This document shows, in pieces, positions 62,301-64,000 of a DNA stretch of 64,000 nucleotides. Position numbers and translations under genes: made by a program. Under the pieces are notes generated by a model that did not search any database, had not been told where the DNA came from, and worked only from the letters and a program-made list of their open reading frames with translations. The DNA lies in contig NW_005434509.1 in the NCBI RefSeq assembly GCF_000315625.1, forward strand, positions 1 to 64,000. The letters run 5' to 3'. Each line of letters begins with the position of its first letter. Positions within the stretch are counted from its first letter, which is position 1. The DNA comes from Guillardia theta CCMP2712 (Eukaryota; Protista; Cryptophyta).

Positions 62301-64000
62301 ACACCATCACTGTGACACTCAGCACCAACATTCCACTCTTGATCACGGATGCTTGCAAGCCTCAGATCACTCTGACTGGATTCACTAATGCTGTTGCAAC
62401 TCATGGGATGATATCCTTGGCTGTCATCGGCCAGTGTGAGGGTAGCGAAGATGCTACCTACTTCTTCCGTCCGAACAGCAGCAATGTTCTGGGAACGGGA
62501 TTGTGGGACAACACGGCTAAGTCCTTGGCTCTCAACTTGGCTAAAAACTTTCAGATGGACACGAATTATGTTTTCTCCTTCCAGGTGAAGAATCCTCCAG
62601 CAAATCAGGCTGCTGCTACTATCTCGCTGACTACCAATCTGCCAATGTACACTAGCTGTACTAGGACCAGAATCAACTCGTTAGCCTTGACAAACGATCC
62701 TGGATTTCCTTGCTGCATCTGCGATCAGGGCGAAGCTGGAGACTCTTCGCCAATGAAGATCAAGACGCCTGTTTTCTGTATCAAGCGTATCCGACAGTCG
62801 GTGAAATGGCCATGTGCCGATAACGAATTGACTGTGACCATCTCATCTACGATTCCTTTGAACAAAGGAGACACGATCAAGCTCTCTAATTTGACCAACG
62901 CGGACCTCACTAGTCGCAATCTCACTCTGACGGATGGCTCAGGAGGTCTGCGCGATCAGAACTTGTTTGGGCGATATGCCGCCGCTGAGGGCCAGTGGGA
63001 TGCTTCTGACTTCTCCTTAACTTTGTACCTCAGAGAGAACCTTGACTGCAGCAGTATGTTCTCGATCAAGTTCACGGTAAGGAACCCCAAGCGTGCACAA
63101 GGTTGTGCCATGGTAAACATCTACACACAAAGTATCGGTACCTCCAAGATGGACTCAGAGGATCTACCCTTCTGCCCGATGTACGTGATGAGAGGAGATT
63201 TGACTCCCATAATCTGGGAGTCAACTTCGAACCCCTGCTGTCAAAACACAATATATGTGCAACTAACGCCAACGGTGCCGCTTAGAAAGATATGTGAGCC
63301 TTACCTCGTCATCTCTGGCTTGACAAACAGTCGAACCCCTGATGGTTCCATCGCCATCACGTCTGATGTCTTCTACGACACAGCCAGTTGGTTTAATGGC
63401 AATGGAAGTTTTATCCTGCGCTTAAATTCGTCTGACTTGCAAGAGAATACCCCAATCAATTTCACTTTCTCCCTACTCAACTCAGAAGATGGCACTGGTG
63501 CGACAAACGTCAAGATTCAAGGCTCGCAGGTTCTCACAGATGTGTACACCTTCACTGTTCCGACTGGCAAGAAGGTCCCCCTGTCGGTCGATACATTGAA
63601 GATTCAAGCTGCGAAGATCGCACAGTCTTCGCCCTGGCCTTGTGATAACAACACAATCCATGTTCAGTTCAACCTCGTGGGGCACATTCCTCTGGATTGC
63701 AACCCTCGAGTTACTATCGATGGATTGGATTTCATCCATGATTCTCAAATCATTCAAGTGACTGATGTGAATACCAACCTGACATCGATGCATGATTGGA
63801 GCCATCCAAAATTGATTCTTGACCTGGTGAAGTTGAAGAACCAATCGTGTTCCGAGGCCGATGCATCTTTCGACCTGAAGTTTACCTTGAAGAATCCCAG
63901 TGCTGCACGAAGCGCGTTCACTGTATACATTGAGGGAAGCCTGTATAAGCAACGAACAGTTCCAATTGCTCGTGTGCCAATGCAGAACCTGACGGAATCC
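50345..64000 (+). CDS. Giant secreted Cys-rich glycoprotein with ~24 or more tandem ~150-170 aa beta-rich repeats; 3' end beyond the window
   Basis: Signal peptide MLLFLVFALG|LGTALS and several short 5' introns, then an exon from 52545 whose frame stays open to 64000 (it ends …PIARVPMQNLTES). Recurrent motif QS.P.PC..N.ITV…N.P…..I.ISGL…W…L.L…FSF.V.NP, and many N-x-S/T sites. Confidence 0.88.

Overview
Eukaryotic nuclear DNA with many ~45-55 bp GT-AG introns, plant-type (TTTAGGG)n telomere repeats and giant surface-protein genes. This style resembles a cryptophyte such as Guillardia theta, which is an inference only. The window seems to start at or near a left chromosome end. Bases 1-6114 are a polarised stack of five element pieces: four copies of one family with an RRM-like ORF, and one unrelated piece. 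Each piece is separated from the next by only 1.5-3 telomere repeats. The inner ends are fixed and carry 1, 9 or ~27 copies of a copy-specific 19-mer, while the outer ends are truncated at variable points. This putative telomere-building retroelement system is the most notable feature. Inward of it lie: a ~19 kb gene for a giant collagen/SRCR/LamG-like/F5/8C/PA14 mosaic lectin; a hypothetical membrane protein; RPA1 lacking its zinc cysteines; a PKA-regulatory-subunit-like protein ending in a CaaX box; a foldback-type Mutator (MULE) relic; intergenic DNA full of short footprint-like insertions; a BAT2/PRRC2-like gene; a 100-N gap; and a giant secreted repeat protein whose >11 kb exon runs off the right edge and is missing from the ORF track. 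I found no tRNA, rRNA or CRISPR array. Exon boundaries were read by eye, and several gene starts are uncertain.
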